Origin: Turneriella sp.
GTDB lineage: Bacteria > Spirochaetota > Leptospiria > Turneriellales > Turneriellaceae
DNA: 64,000 nucleotides
Assembly (NCBI GenBank): GCA_965279515.1
Contig: CBDIID010000003.1
Span: forward strand, 3,872,001 to 3,936,000
Direction of reading: 5' to 3'
Under the pieces are notes generated by a model. It saw nothing but the letters and a program-made list of their open reading frames with translations, was not told where the DNA came from and ran no database searches. Below, piece after piece: positions 30,398-41,209 of the stretch; the first letter of the stretch is position 1, and every line of letters starts with the position of its first letter. A program made the position numbers and the translations under genes.

Positions 30398-30955
30398 TTA
30401 GAAAGAGATGGGTTGATTTGGGGGTGGCCAGGGTAGAATTTCTGTTTTTTCGTGATATTCAAGGATTAAACCATCGTTTCTTTCCGTCTGGGACTGATAG
30501 CTAATAATGAAGTCCGCGGAATGGAGTCGCCGGGCGTATTTTTCCTGCCAAATGCGCGCATCTGAGGCGTCGCGACTACGGTACTCAAACCGGAGCCAAT
30601 ATTCAACGACGCGTGGCAGGTAGGTGGCGACCGAAAAGTCCATAAGCCGCGAGAGCGACATACCCGAATGGTGGCAACGTGCCCACGAAGCCGAGCGTAA
30701 CGATTCGCTGGAGTAAAAAGGAACGATCTGGTATTGTCCCCGGCGTTTATTGTATCTCCGGTTGCGGGTCGCAATAGAGCCATGGGAGCGCCAAAATTTA
30801 AGCGCAAGGCGCAAACATTCGCGAATCAGACGCTGCTCAGAAAAAAATAAGCCCCGTTGGTTCACCAGCTTGACCGCAGCTGCCAGCATCGCCCGTGTCG
30901 ATACGCGTAGCGTTACCGACGTATGGCGTATCGGCGAAAGATCAGTATGAGTCAT
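30398..30955 (-). CDS. DUF1564-like (Leptospiraceae) putative DNA-binding protein
   Basis: Basic protein; RRYN....YQ.VPF.......W......GMSLSRLMDF pattern recalled for this ribbon-helix-helix-like family. Confidence 0.55.
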   Translation of the reverse strand: MTHTDLSPIRHTSVTLRVSTRAMLAAAVKLVNQRGLFFSEQRLIRECLRLALKFWRSHGSIATRNRRYNKRRGQYQIVPFYSSESLRSASWARCHHSGMSLSRLMDFSVATYLPRVVEYWLRFEYRSRDASDARIWQEKYARRLHSADFIISYQSQTERNDGLILEYHEKTEILPWPPPNQPISF

Positions 30956-31055
30956 ATAAAGAAATACCAGAAAACGCCCTGTTTTTCTCAGTGTTTAAGA
31001 ACTTCCGGGTTAGTGATAGTTCTTGACGAATTGTGCAGCGCGTCAAAACGGGTTG

Positions 31056-31349
31056 ATGGAGACTTTGCAGTCCTCTATCGCAGATGAGGAGATTGGGCCA
31101 CCCGATTATATCTACGATCTCATAAAAATCTCCCTTTTAGCGGCCGCCTGCGACGTCGAAAGCCTTATTGGTGCCGTCGAAATGGCGCGAGATCGCGGTG
31201 CCGATAACCGTGAGATCCTGCGTGCCATGTTTCGCAGCGACGAGGCATTCGGTACAGGTATTGAAAGTGTCGAGTTTTTGCGCCTTGCCGAATCGCTGCA
31301 AGCCGGGCGTTCGCCTTTACCGGTGCAGGCTGAACCCGTTTCCGCCTAA
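31056..31349 (+). CDS. Small protein with degenerate CMD/AhpD-like helix pattern
   Basis: DLIKISLLAAAC...AVEMARDRGADNREI resembles CMD helices but has no CxxC. Confidence 0.5.
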   Translation: METLQSSIADEEIGPPDYIYDLIKISLLAAACDVESLIGAVEMARDRGADNREILRAMFRSDEAFGTGIESVEFLRLAESLQAGRSPLPVQAEPVSA

Positions 31350-31350
31350 G

Positions 31351-32871
31351 ATGCGCATAGCGCGGATTTCCCTCCTCATCTTCTGTTTTGCCGTCTGCAA
31401 AGAATCGGCGCTCAAACTGACCGCAAGTCATGTTTCGCCTGAAACCGCGTTTCTGCTTGAGGCAGATAAGACAATCACGGGGGAGTTTAACGGCGCGGAC
31501 CAGAGTTTTTATGTGCGTGTTCGCCTCAAAGAAGCGGTCATGCTGCGCGCCGAACTTTCTGCCGCGCGCGGTGTGGACTCGTCTCTGGCAGTTCTCAATC
31601 CCCCAGATAAACTTCTTTTCGAAACTGACGATAACGGTTCTTCATTAGCTGAAGAAATTTCACCGGTCTACCTCCCGGCCGGCGACAGCATCATTCGTAT
31701 CCGTGGCAAGGGGGGAGAGCACTCGGCGTTTACATTCTTCTACCGCACGTTTAACGCACCGTCCGACATCGAGCGCGAACCGAACAATTCGCCTGAGACC
31801 GCCACCGCCATGGCGGGACTGCACGCCGCGGGTTTTTACGGACCTGAACTTGACCGGCGCGGTCAGGTACGCGAGCGTGAGAAGGATTGTTTTGTGAAAG
31901 AGATCGCGGCCAGCGAAAAGAAAGCACTCAATCTGAAACTCACTGGTGTTGAAGGTGTACTGAGTTCCATCGTCATTCGCGGAGCCGATGGCAAAGAAAT
32001 ACTGAGGCAAGAAGCCCCGGCTACGGGCGCAGCCCTCGCAGCAGGGCCCGTCGTACTCGACGGGGCGAAATTTTTTGTCTGCGTCGCCGCGGTGACAACG
32101 CTGGGTAAGCAGAGCCGAGATTATTACGATCTCACGCTATCGTTCGGTGAAGCTACGCAAAAGGGCGAAGTGGAACCAAATAATTCGCCCGGCACTGCAA
32201 GCCCGATTCTCGCAGACCAGATAGAGGGAACGATCTCGACTTTCACCGATAGTGATTATTTTTCATACCGTAACCGCCGTGAATATCCGGTTTCCTTGCG
32301 CATCGATCTCGAAAGTGTTATTTTAGCGACACTGTCGCTGACTGCGGCAAAACCCGGCCAGAGTCTTCAGCTTTTCGAAGACAGCGCCGCGAAAGGTGAG
32401 GTGGGGGAGAATATACGCCTCGAGGCTGGCGAGACAGTAATTTTCTCAGTACGCAACCGGGCGAAACTGAAAAAGAAAAATTTTAAAATCACCGGGTATA
32501 CTCTTAAATTACAGGAAACACAGGCGAGCGATGAAAATGAAACTGAACCTAACCATATTCCCGAAAAGGCCGACGGTCTCGTGGACCTGACGCAAAAATG
32601 GGGTTTCGTGAACCCGATCGGCGATGTGGATTATTACCGCCTCAAGCTGTCATCCCCAGCGGAACGCCTGCTATCCTTCGAAAGTAAGATCGACTGCAAG
32701 ATACGCATCGAACATTTACGCGCAGGCAAGAGCGTGGGAACGCAGAGCGCCCCGCAGAACGTGCGTTACCGCGCCCTGTTTGAAAAAGACGATCTTATCA
32801 AAGTGCAGTGTTTAGGGCAAAAGCCTAACCCGGCGGAACGCGCGTACCGCATCGCACTGACGGAGCCCTGA
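31351..32871 (+). CDS. Lipoprotein with repeated PPC-like beta domains (ExEPNN repeats)
   Basis: Signal ending CFAVC; EREPNN, EVEPNN, ETEPNH repeats each followed by DxDxY/F. Confidence 0.75.
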   Translation: MRIARISLLIFCFAVCKESALKLTASHVSPETAFLLEADKTITGEFNGADQSFYVRVRLKEAVMLRAELSAARGVDSSLAVLNPPDKLLFETDDNGSSLAEEISPVYLPAGDSIIRIRGKGGEHSAFTFFYRTFNAPSDIEREPNNSPETATAMAGLHAAGFYGPELDRRGQVREREKDCFVKEIAASEKKALNLKLTGVEGVLSSIVIRGADGKEILRQEAPATGAALAAGPVVLDGAKFFVCVAAVTTLGKQSRDYYDLTLSFGEATQKGEVEPNNSPGTASPILADQIEGTISTFTDSDYFSYRNRREYPVSLRIDLESVILATLSLTAAKPGQSLQLFEDSAAKGEVGENIRLEAGETVIFSVRNRAKLKKKNFKITGYTLKLQETQASDENETEPNHIPEKADGLVDLTQKWGFVNPIGDVDYYRLKLSSPAERLLSFESKIDCKIRIEHLRAGKSVGTQSAPQNVRYRALFEKDDLIKVQCLGQKPNPAERAYRIALTEP

Positions 32872-34139
32872 TGCGCCTCGGTTCTGCTGTTATTATCGCC
32901 CTGCCCATGCTCATGGGTGGCTTTGTCCAGTTTGTCATTTCCCAGTTCTACCAGAAGTTTGCCACCGACGCGCTGTTGCTCGACAGCGCCATTGTCGGGT
33001 CGATTTTCTTCGTCAGCCGCGCGACCGATGCTATTCTCGACCCTGTGTGCGGTTACCTGAGCGATCGTTTCAGCGCCCGGCGTGGCTTTATTGCTGCAGG
33101 CCTGGTGGCGCTTGCCGCGGGAACCCTGCTGGCTTTTTTACCGGCAAATTTCACGGCAGGTGAAAGCCGTGTCGCATACTATGCGCTTGCCGCTGCGGGA
33201 ATTTTCACCATCTACCTGGGCGTCACCCTCGTCTACATACCCCATTACGCGTGGCTGGCCTCGCTGCAAAAATTGCATCACACGGCGCCACTCTTTGCCG
33301 CGCGCGCCGTCACTGAGAATTTCGGCACCATTCTCGGGGGAGCCGCCCTGACTTTGCTGGTGCCTTACCAAAGTAGTATCAGCGGCCGCGGCGCCGATCT
33401 CATGATCACAGTGGCTGGCATGGTACTGGTACTCGCCGTCGTCGGAGCCCTGCCGCTGCTCTTTTACCGGGCCGGCGACGGCGAGACGGCGGCCTCGCCA
33501 TCATTTCTGAAAGCGCTCCGTGTGCTCGGCCAAAACCGCCGCTTTGCTCTCGTTGCGGCGATGAGCTTTTGTAACCAGTTTGCGGCGACGACGCTGCTGG
33601 CTGTTTCGATGTATTATGCGGATTATGTTTTGGGCCGCAAAGATCTCGGTGTCACTGTTGCGATTGTATTCCTGCTCAGTGCGACAGCCTTCGTTCCCGT
33701 TTGGTCGACGCTCGGGCGCAGGTTCGACCGCCATCGTCTCTGGGGTATCGCCCTCGCCGTTATTATTCTGGTGTTCCCGACATTGCTGATCACGCAGGCA
33801 GGCCATCTCTGGTATCTGACTGTTTTTGCCGTGATTGTGGGTGGTGCGGCGGGTGCGGTGATTCTCTATGTGCCGCAGGAAGTCTCAGAGATCACCGGGC
33901 TCAGCGACGGCGATGCAGGCGGCGGCCTCTATTTTGCCGCGTTCACATTTGTAAATAAATCGGCGATGGCCCTGTCGCCGCTGGCGATCGGTTTTGCCCT
34001 GAGCGCCGCCGCGTATAATCCCGCGGAGCGTACAGCGGCAGGTGCAGGCACGATAACATTCCTCTTCATCGGCCTGCCGGCCCTGGCTTTTATTCTCTCG
34101 GCGCTGCTGCTCAGGCTTTACACAAAACGTAGGTCATAA
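32871..34139 (+). CDS. MFS transporter (GPH/MelB-like)
   Basis: DAILDPVCGYLSD motif, about 12 TM segments. Confidence 0.85.
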   Translation: MRLGSAVIIALPMLMGGFVQFVISQFYQKFATDALLLDSAIVGSIFFVSRATDAILDPVCGYLSDRFSARRGFIAAGLVALAAGTLLAFLPANFTAGESRVAYYALAAAGIFTIYLGVTLVYIPHYAWLASLQKLHHTAPLFAARAVTENFGTILGGAALTLLVPYQSSISGRGADLMITVAGMVLVLAVVGALPLLFYRAGDGETAASPSFLKALRVLGQNRRFALVAAMSFCNQFAATTLLAVSMYYADYVLGRKDLGVTVAIVFLLSATAFVPVWSTLGRRFDRHRLWGIALAVIILVFPTLLITQAGHLWYLTVFAVIVGGAAGAVILYVPQEVSEITGLSDGDAGGGLYFAAFTFVNKSAMALSPLAIGFALSAAAYNPAERTAAGAGTITFLFIGLPALAFILSALLLRLYTKRRS

Positions 34140-34803
34140 CCGGAAAGTTTTCTCCGGTTATGGCCAGGCCGTAGTTCGGCGTGATCTCTTTCATGGTGAA
34201 ACCCGCGGCCGCTGCGGTTTGGGTCAATTCTTCGGCGGCGAATATTCTCTGTGTATGTTGTTCTGTCGCCGATACCCGGCCGGTCATTGTCACTGTCGTG
34301 GTTAACAAGCGCAGGTCGGATGCATAGCGGTGCGCAAAACACACCTCGCCGTTCAGCGCATCGAACGTGCGCGTGGTGAGCATCACTGCACGTTCCGGCG
34401 GACAGACATCGAATACATAGACACCCCCTGTTTCGAGAACACGGTGGCATTCGCTGAAGTGCTGCAAGAGTGCCGCGTCGTCGCGCAGGTAATTCAGCGC
34501 CGCGTTGGTCGCCGCCAGCGCCGAAAATGCGGCGTCGCCAAAGGGTAAATGCAACGCATCGGCGCACACGCCCGAGGTTACGTCTTTCAGAAAGGGGAGG
34601 TGTTTATCGACCGAGATGCAGCTGAGGCCCGCGGCGCGCGCCGCGGCGGCGACGTAGCCGGGGCCGCTGAAGAGATCGGCCAGGGGTTTAGAAGAAGGGG
34701 AAAGATGACGCGCTATGAAGGCAAACCAGGCGCTATGGGGGAGATCCCCCATGACCTTGTCGTAATAAGAGTCGAAGACCGAGTACGGGGGGTGGGCCTG
34801 CAC
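34111..34803 (-). CDS. Class I SAM-dependent methyltransferase
   Basis: YYDKVM, LADLFSGPG, ADALHLPF, ALNYL, L..GGVYVFD. Confidence 0.8.
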   Translation of the reverse strand: MQAHPPYSVFDSYYDKVMGDLPHSAWFAFIARHLSPSSKPLADLFSGPGYVAAAARAAGLSCISVDKHLPFLKDVTSGVCADALHLPFGDAAFSALAATNAALNYLRDDAALLQHFSECHRVLETGGVYVFDVCPPERAVMLTTRTFDALNGEVCFAHRYASDLRLLTTTVTMTGRVSATEQHTQRIFAAEELTQTAAAAGFTMKEITPNYGLAITGENFPVMTYVLCKA

Positions 34804-35438
34804 TACTGCAGTTTAAAATCAGAAATGGCGTCTTTGACGCCCTTCGCCAGGTCGTCGAGTTTCATCAGCTGCTCTTTTTTCTCGGGCGGGGCTTCCTGTA
34901 TCAGTTTATCAAGGCTTTCGCGCATAAACCGCGACATCTGGTCGATGCGCTTGATGCGCGCCTGCAGCCCGTCGAGCATGGTGTTCAGCTGGTCTGCGGT
35001 TTCCTTGAGTTCGTCACCCTGCCTCAGCTTGATGCGCTGTGTCAGGTCGCCGCCGAGCGCTTCTTCAAAAGTACGCTCGATGCGCAGGATTGGACCTGCG
35101 ATTTTGTGCGAGAAAAGAACGAAGAGGATAGTCAGCGACAGCGCCATGACCAGCGCGAGCGAACCGAGGCCCAGCATGCCGTAGAGTTTTACTTTCTGGA
35201 ATACCGGACCCGAGCTCGCATCGACGCCGAGCGTCATCGAGAGCTTCTGTATGAGCTCCGCGGTGTTTTCAAACTGGTATTCTTTCGCGATGCTGTTGAC
35301 AGCAAACATAAAGCCGAAAGCCAGCACCAGCACAAAGAGCATGAGCGGTATAACCGCCTTGAAGATGAACTTACTTTGGAACCTGAAATCGATGACATAC
35401 TGGCGCTTTAGGGCAGAAGGGCGCTTGGCTTCACTCAT
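34803..35438 (-). CDS. Two-TM HAMP-domain protein with no output domain
   Basis: RQYVIDFRFQ, 2 TM, SHKIAGPILR...GDL...IKLRQGDEL HAMP, short coiled coil. Confidence 0.8.
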   Translation of the reverse strand: MSEAKRPSALKRQYVIDFRFQSKFIFKAVIPLMLFVLVLAFGFMFAVNSIAKEYQFENTAELIQKLSMTLGVDASSGPVFQKVKLYGMLGLGSLALVMALSLTILFVLFSHKIAGPILRIERTFEEALGGDLTQRIKLRQGDELKETADQLNTMLDGLQARIKRIDQMSRFMRESLDKLIQEAPPEKKEQLMKLDDLAKGVKDAISDFKLQ

Positions 35439-35501
35439 CCCGCTGTATTGAGCCGACCTTTTCAGACGTCAAGGGGGTTTCAAAGGGAATTGCTGGGCCG
35501 G

Positions 35502-36586
35502 CCTTCATTCTCCAATGTACGCAAACCCCTCAAAAGCCCGCCCCAATAGCCGTTGACAGGCAATTTTATACGACTCTAACCGATTCGATCCTGGATCAAT
35601 TCTATCCGAAGTTCTGTTGCAATGAAAAGCTAACCAAAACCAGTTTGACAAGGGTTACTGTCGTACGTTGCCCAACCTGTCACAAGAGCTATTCTAAGCT
35701 TGCCGGAACGCCCCTAAACCACCTTAAAATTGATCGTTGGATGTTTGGCTATCTGTTGAAAGAGGGGCAAATTCAGTACCCCAAGGTTCTAACCATTGCT
35801 GAAATTCGAAAGAGGTTAGGGGTCTCTATTACAACTGCGGTGCGTTTGAAACGCCGATTGCAACTGTTCGCGAGTGATGTAATGCCACGGATGCAGAAGA
35901 AATTCTATACCGATAACAAATTGTTATTCCATGACTTCCAATTTCCTAAGAATCGTGAAACCGATTTAACTTCTATGGTGAAGGATTTGAAAATACCAAG
36001 TGCTGATACTGTTGTATTGTATAGCTGTGGAAGGCTTGCAAACAAAGGACGAAAACGCCATAAACGATCGGGTCAAACAAGTTCAATTTACCGTTCAGAA
36101 TCATTGGGAGCCGATCAGGTTGGAACGCTTGTAAATACATTGGGGGTTAAACAAGGGCCCACATTTTACGATTCAATTCCCAACCAAAAATCCGAAACTA
36201 TCTTCCGATAGTTCACAAGTACATCCCCTGGCATAACCCGCTATTCACAGACGAAGGTTATTCGCTGCCTTCAAGAAATCACAGGACTGTAAATCATTCA
36301 CGAAAGTCTTCGGATAAACGTTTCAAATGGGCACGGAATCGGTTTTCAAAGAATGGAATTCATAACAATGTAGCTGAAGGAAAAAATGGGGTGTTGAAAA
36401 AGGCGTTTGGTGCCCACACCTGGATTAATCCAAAGCATTCAAATCTGTACCTTACGGAGTTCGCTTTTAATGCCAATTTAAGGTATTTCGAATTGGAGGA
36501 TTTGCTGCCGGATGAATCGCGTTCAAATAGTGCGCCGCAATACCAATTGGATGAAAATTGGCAATTGCGCTCATTGAAGAGCAAGA
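35502..36586 (+). mobile_element. IS1595-family insertion sequence (~1.09 kb) at the 3' end of tRNA-Gln
   Basis: 11-bp direct repeats TGCTGGGCCGG (35491-35501, 36587-36597); imperfect inverted repeats TCTCCAATGTACGCAA (35509-35524) and TTGCGCTCATTGAAGA (36565-36580), 13/16 match; AT-rich; contains a transposase. Confidence 0.8.
35550..36586 (+). pseudogene. IS1595-family DDE transposase split by a frameshift near 36205 (start uncertain)
   Basis: Zn ribbon (FCC...RCPTC) and HTH in the first frame, which stops at 36211; the shifted frame continues LFTDEGY..NHRTVNHS...IHNNVAEG..GVLK...KHSNLYLTEFAFNAN, typical of the IS1595 catalytic domain. Confidence 0.8.
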
Positions 36587-36588
36587 TG

Positions 36589-36660
36589 CTGGGCCGGAAG
36601 GGGTCGAACCTTCGCATGGCGGAATCAAAATCCGCTGCCTTACCACTTGGCTACGGCCCA
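36589..36660 (-). tRNA. tRNA-Gln (anticodon TTG), CCA not encoded
   Basis: TGGGCCGTAGCCAAGTGGTAAGGCAGCGGATTTTGATTCCGCCATGCGAAGGTTCGACCCCTTCCGGCCCAG folds as a cloverleaf; follows ispE, a common linkage. Confidence 0.95.
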
Positions 36661-37655
36661 ATATTTCGAAACGGTATCACCTGCCAGGTCCCGCCGAGCC
36701 TCGCAGAGAGCAAAGCCTTGAGAGAAGTCAGGTTGCGCATCGGTATTTCTGCATCGGACGCGGCGAATAAAGCCGCTCCCGAACCCGTCATACCGAGCAC
36801 CCAGGCACCGGGAAAAAACTGCTTTGCCGTGCGGGCAAGTACAGTCTTAGCCTCAGAGAGCAAACGGCTCTGGGCGGGGAATACCGCCTGCGCCGCCGCG
36901 TCAAAGTCGTTTCGAAGCACTCTGACACCGCTGATGGGTTCGTCCGAATAGGGGATTTCGTTGAGGCGTAAAGCCAAATTAGATTGCGCAGACGCGGCAT
37001 TTTTCGCCGCCTCTGCCTCAACCTCCGGCAAATTCCAGCGGCGCACCTCGGCGAACATTTGCCCCGTCGGAAAGCCAAAACCGGGCACACAGATCCATCC
37101 GCCTAACCGCGGAATGCTCACTGCGGTGAGCTCATGCCCGACACCCTGGAGAAGCGCCGCCTGCCCCTGGAGACCATATTTCAGAAAAAACGGGATATCT
37201 GCGCCGAGCCTTTCTGTCTGTTTTATGAATTCGGGCGGAAGATTTTCAGCGCTGCCTGCCGCAGCCCAGAGCGCGGCGATGAGCGCTGCAGCGTCCGCTG
37301 AGGCACCGCCCAGACCGCCGGGTGAGGGTATCTGTTTTTCAACAGAAATCTGAAGCGCAGGCAGTGCGAGCGCGCACTCTTGTTTAAGATAAGAGCGCAT
37401 CACCCCGAGGGTTTTGAGGAGCAGGGGATTTGTAAGGGTGCCGGAGGCGATCTCGCGCCGGCGCGCAGGGCTGAGGTCAGTGGGCCAGCTGTGTTTCACC
37501 GCTTCCGCAGCGGCGGCCGTCACCGAAATACGATCGAAGACAGAGACCGGTACAAAGATGCTTTCGAGCCGGTGATAGCCGTTTTTGTAGCGTCCTGTGA
37601 TGCTCAGGCCGAGATTAATTTTTGCCGGCGCGCTAAAGGCAAGCGGTAGACGCAT
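36651..37655 (-). CDS. ispE: 4-diphosphocytidyl-2-C-methyl-D-erythritol kinase
   Basis: APAKINLGL, GYHRLES, EKQIPSPGGLGGASADAA, LGADIPFF, NDF, MTGSGA. Confidence 0.92.
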   Translation of the reverse strand: MRLPLAFSAPAKINLGLSITGRYKNGYHRLESIFVPVSVFDRISVTAAAAEAVKHSWPTDLSPARRREIASGTLTNPLLLKTLGVMRSYLKQECALALPALQISVEKQIPSPGGLGGASADAAALIAALWAAAGSAENLPPEFIKQTERLGADIPFFLKYGLQGQAALLQGVGHELTAVSIPRLGGWICVPGFGFPTGQMFAEVRRWNLPEVEAEAAKNAASAQSNLALRLNEIPYSDEPISGVRVLRNDFDAAAQAVFPAQSRLLSEAKTVLARTAKQFFPGAWVLGMTGSGAALFAASDAEIPMRNLTSLKALLSARLGGTWQVIPFRNIGP

Positions 37656-37659
37656 GCCG

Positions 37660-39011
<1,352 letters not shown>

Positions 39012-39018
39012 TTAGAAT

Positions 39019-39912
39019 ATGAATATTTTTATCACTGGAATTGCCGGCTTTGTTGGTCAGCATTTGCGTGATTATTTTCTCAAGAAAGGATTTTCTGTAA
39101 CGGGTATTGCGAAGACGCAGACGTCGTATGCTCATATTTGTGATATAAATGACACTTCGCGAATGGCTGACCTGCTTTTGCAAGAGCAGCCAGATCGGAT
39201 TATCCACTTGGCCGCTATTTCAAACGTCGCCGGCAGTTTTGAGACAGAACGTCTTACTCACGAGATAAACTACATGGGTACTCTCTCGCTATTGCAAGCG
39301 GCACGAAAAGCGACACCAAAAGCCCGGATATTATTTGTTTCTAGTGGCCAGGTTTATGAATCGGCTTCCTTTCCAATAACCGAAACGGGTAAATTGGAAC
39401 CTCTCTCGCCTTATGCGTCATCGAAACTAGCGGCGGAAGTCTTGTGCCTTGAATTTTATTGTACCAAGAAAATGCATACAGTTGTAGCAAGATCGTTCAA
39501 CCATATCGGATCTGGACAGGACGAAGGCTTCTTTATTCCCTCAACACTTAAGCAGATAAAGACGGCTTTATCATCAGGGCAAAAAGAGCTTGTGCTCAAT
39601 GTCGGCAACTTGACTGCAATTAGGGATTTTCTCAGCGTGCAAGATGTTTGCGAAGCCTATTCGGTGCTGCTTGAAAAAGGCCAGCCAGGCAAGGCCTACA
39701 ACGTAGCATCGGGTAAAGGATACTCTATTCGCGAGGTCATAGATATATTTGCCGAAGTTTCCGGTTTGAAGATAACGATCAATCAAGATCCAGCAAGGGT
39801 GCGTACAGTTGAGAAGCCGAGTTTAATTGGCAATGCAAGTGAACTTATTAATCTGGGTTGGCGTCAAAGTCAGCAGTTCCGTGATATTCTGAAAAAACTT
39901 ATACACCCTTAA
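39019..39912 (+). CDS. GDP-4-keto-6-deoxy-D-mannose reductase-like (Rmd-like) extended SDR
   Basis: ITGIAGFVG, HLAAIS, SPYASSK, RSFNHIG.GQ, VGNL...RDF; follows gmd. Confidence 0.8.
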   Translation: MNIFITGIAGFVGQHLRDYFLKKGFSVTGIAKTQTSYAHICDINDTSRMADLLLQEQPDRIIHLAAISNVAGSFETERLTHEINYMGTLSLLQAARKATPKARILFVSSGQVYESASFPITETGKLEPLSPYASSKLAAEVLCLEFYCTKKMHTVVARSFNHIGSGQDEGFFIPSTLKQIKTALSSGQKELVLNVGNLTAIRDFLSVQDVCEAYSVLLEKGQPGKAYNVASGKGYSIREVIDIFAEVSGLKITINQDPARVRTVEKPSLIGNASELINLGWRQSQQFRDILKKLIHP

Positions 39913-39925
39913 ATCTTGCTTGTTT

Positions 39926-41170
39926 TTAAGCGAAGTGGATTTCAGGCAATGGGAAAAGTAATTTGCCACCGGTGGCTAGAAACTCCCTCTCTCGCTCCAG
40001 TATGTTTTTTTCAAAATGCCATGGCAAAACAACAAATACATCTGGCTTAAGCTTTCTCGCTTCGGCCTCGGATATGATCGGAATTTTTGTTGCAGGTGTA
40101 AAAGCTCCGAATTTATCTTCGTTTACTTCAGCAATATATGGCATGAGTTCTGTGGTAATATTGCAATATTGTAATACGACATTGCCTTTAGTTGATGCTC
40201 CATATCCAAAAACTTTTTTGCCTTGTTTTTTCAGATCAACGAGCGTTTCATAGAATTCTTTCCTGTGCTTTTCTACCCGTTCTTTAAAGTGCTGGTATAC
40301 TTCCATTTGACCGTATCCATCATTTTTTTCTTTTTCCATTAAGCTCAATATGGCCTTTTCATTGATTGGGTGCTTGCTTTTTTCTTTTGCCACCGTAATA
40401 GAAAAGCTACCGCCGTTGACATCATTTAGCTCCACATTAATGATTTTAAAACCAACTTTTTTTGCCATGTAGTCAATTTGGCGTAGGGCATAGTATTCAA
40501 GATGCTCATGACAAACCGTGTCATAGGCATTCATTTCAATCATGGTCGGGAGATAACTTTGCTCAAAGGTCCACGTCCCTTCGTCATCTAAGATATTATG
40601 AATATCTTGTACAAAACGGATCGGTTCTTCGAGATCATAGAACATGGCAATTGAAGTTACAATTTTGGCCTTTTCATTTCCAAACACTGACTTGAAATTA
40701 GTTTCGGAGAAAAAGTCCGTTACGAGCTTTATGTACTCTGGATAGAAATGCCGGAATTTTTCCGCCGACGGATCAAAGCCGGCATACCGCCCTAGGTCTG
40801 GAGGGTAGGCTTTTAAAGTCGTTGCGTCGTTACAGCCAATATCGATGACGATATCTCCCTTTTTTATGGGATATTTCTGTAGCAGATTAGAAATCTTACC
40901 GTGTAAGTGCTTAACCATAGACAAATTGAGTCCGGATCGGTAACCGTATGTTTCGCCATACATACCATCCAGCTTATATGTATGTTTTAATTGAACTAAG
41001 CCGCAACCGCCATGGCTTTCACTGCATTTTACAAGCTCCAGAGGCATCGTATCCACCTGCTGATTCTCATTTTTTGGAAATATCCCCGTAAGGGCTTGTA
41101 CGCCCAAATCGAGGATGCTGCTAAGATGCGGACTATTGCATATGCGACAGTGTTCAACCGCTTGGTACAT
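39926..41170 (-). CDS. NDP-hexose C-methyltransferase family protein
   Basis: N-terminal Zn site (CRIC...C...CGLVQL), DIGCND, YDTVCHEH, GYGASTKGN, LPWHF. Confidence 0.88.
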   Translation of the reverse strand: MYQAVEHCRICNSPHLSSILDLGVQALTGIFPKNENQQVDTMPLELVKCSESHGGCGLVQLKHTYKLDGMYGETYGYRSGLNLSMVKHLHGKISNLLQKYPIKKGDIVIDIGCNDATTLKAYPPDLGRYAGFDPSAEKFRHFYPEYIKLVTDFFSETNFKSVFGNEKAKIVTSIAMFYDLEEPIRFVQDIHNILDDEGTWTFEQSYLPTMIEMNAYDTVCHEHLEYYALRQIDYMAKKVGFKIINVELNDVNGGSFSITVAKEKSKHPINEKAILSLMEKEKNDGYGQMEVYQHFKERVEKHRKEFYETLVDLKKQGKKVFGYGASTKGNVVLQYCNITTELMPYIAEVNEDKFGAFTPATKIPIISEAEARKLKPDVFVVLPWHFEKNILEREREFLATGGKLLFPLPEIHFA

Positions 41171-41177
41171 ACGTAGC

Positions 41178-41191
41178 TTTTTTTTTTTTTT
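41178..41191 (-). repeat. A14 homopolymer 7 nt upstream of the C-methyltransferase start codon
   Basis: 14 consecutive T on the plus strand. Confidence 0.9.
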
Positions 41192-41209
41192 AATCGAGTG
41201 TCAATGAGA

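Noticed and set aside
35491..36597. Integrase-type genomic island or prophage att sites at tRNA-Gln
   Set aside because: Only about 1.1 kb lies between the repeats, there is no recombinase, and the DDE transposase and inverted repeats explain it as an IS.
36391..36951. 186-aa ORF as an independent gene
   Set aside because: Its N-terminal part is the frameshifted tail of the IS1595 transposase; the rest is antisense to tRNA-Gln and ispE.
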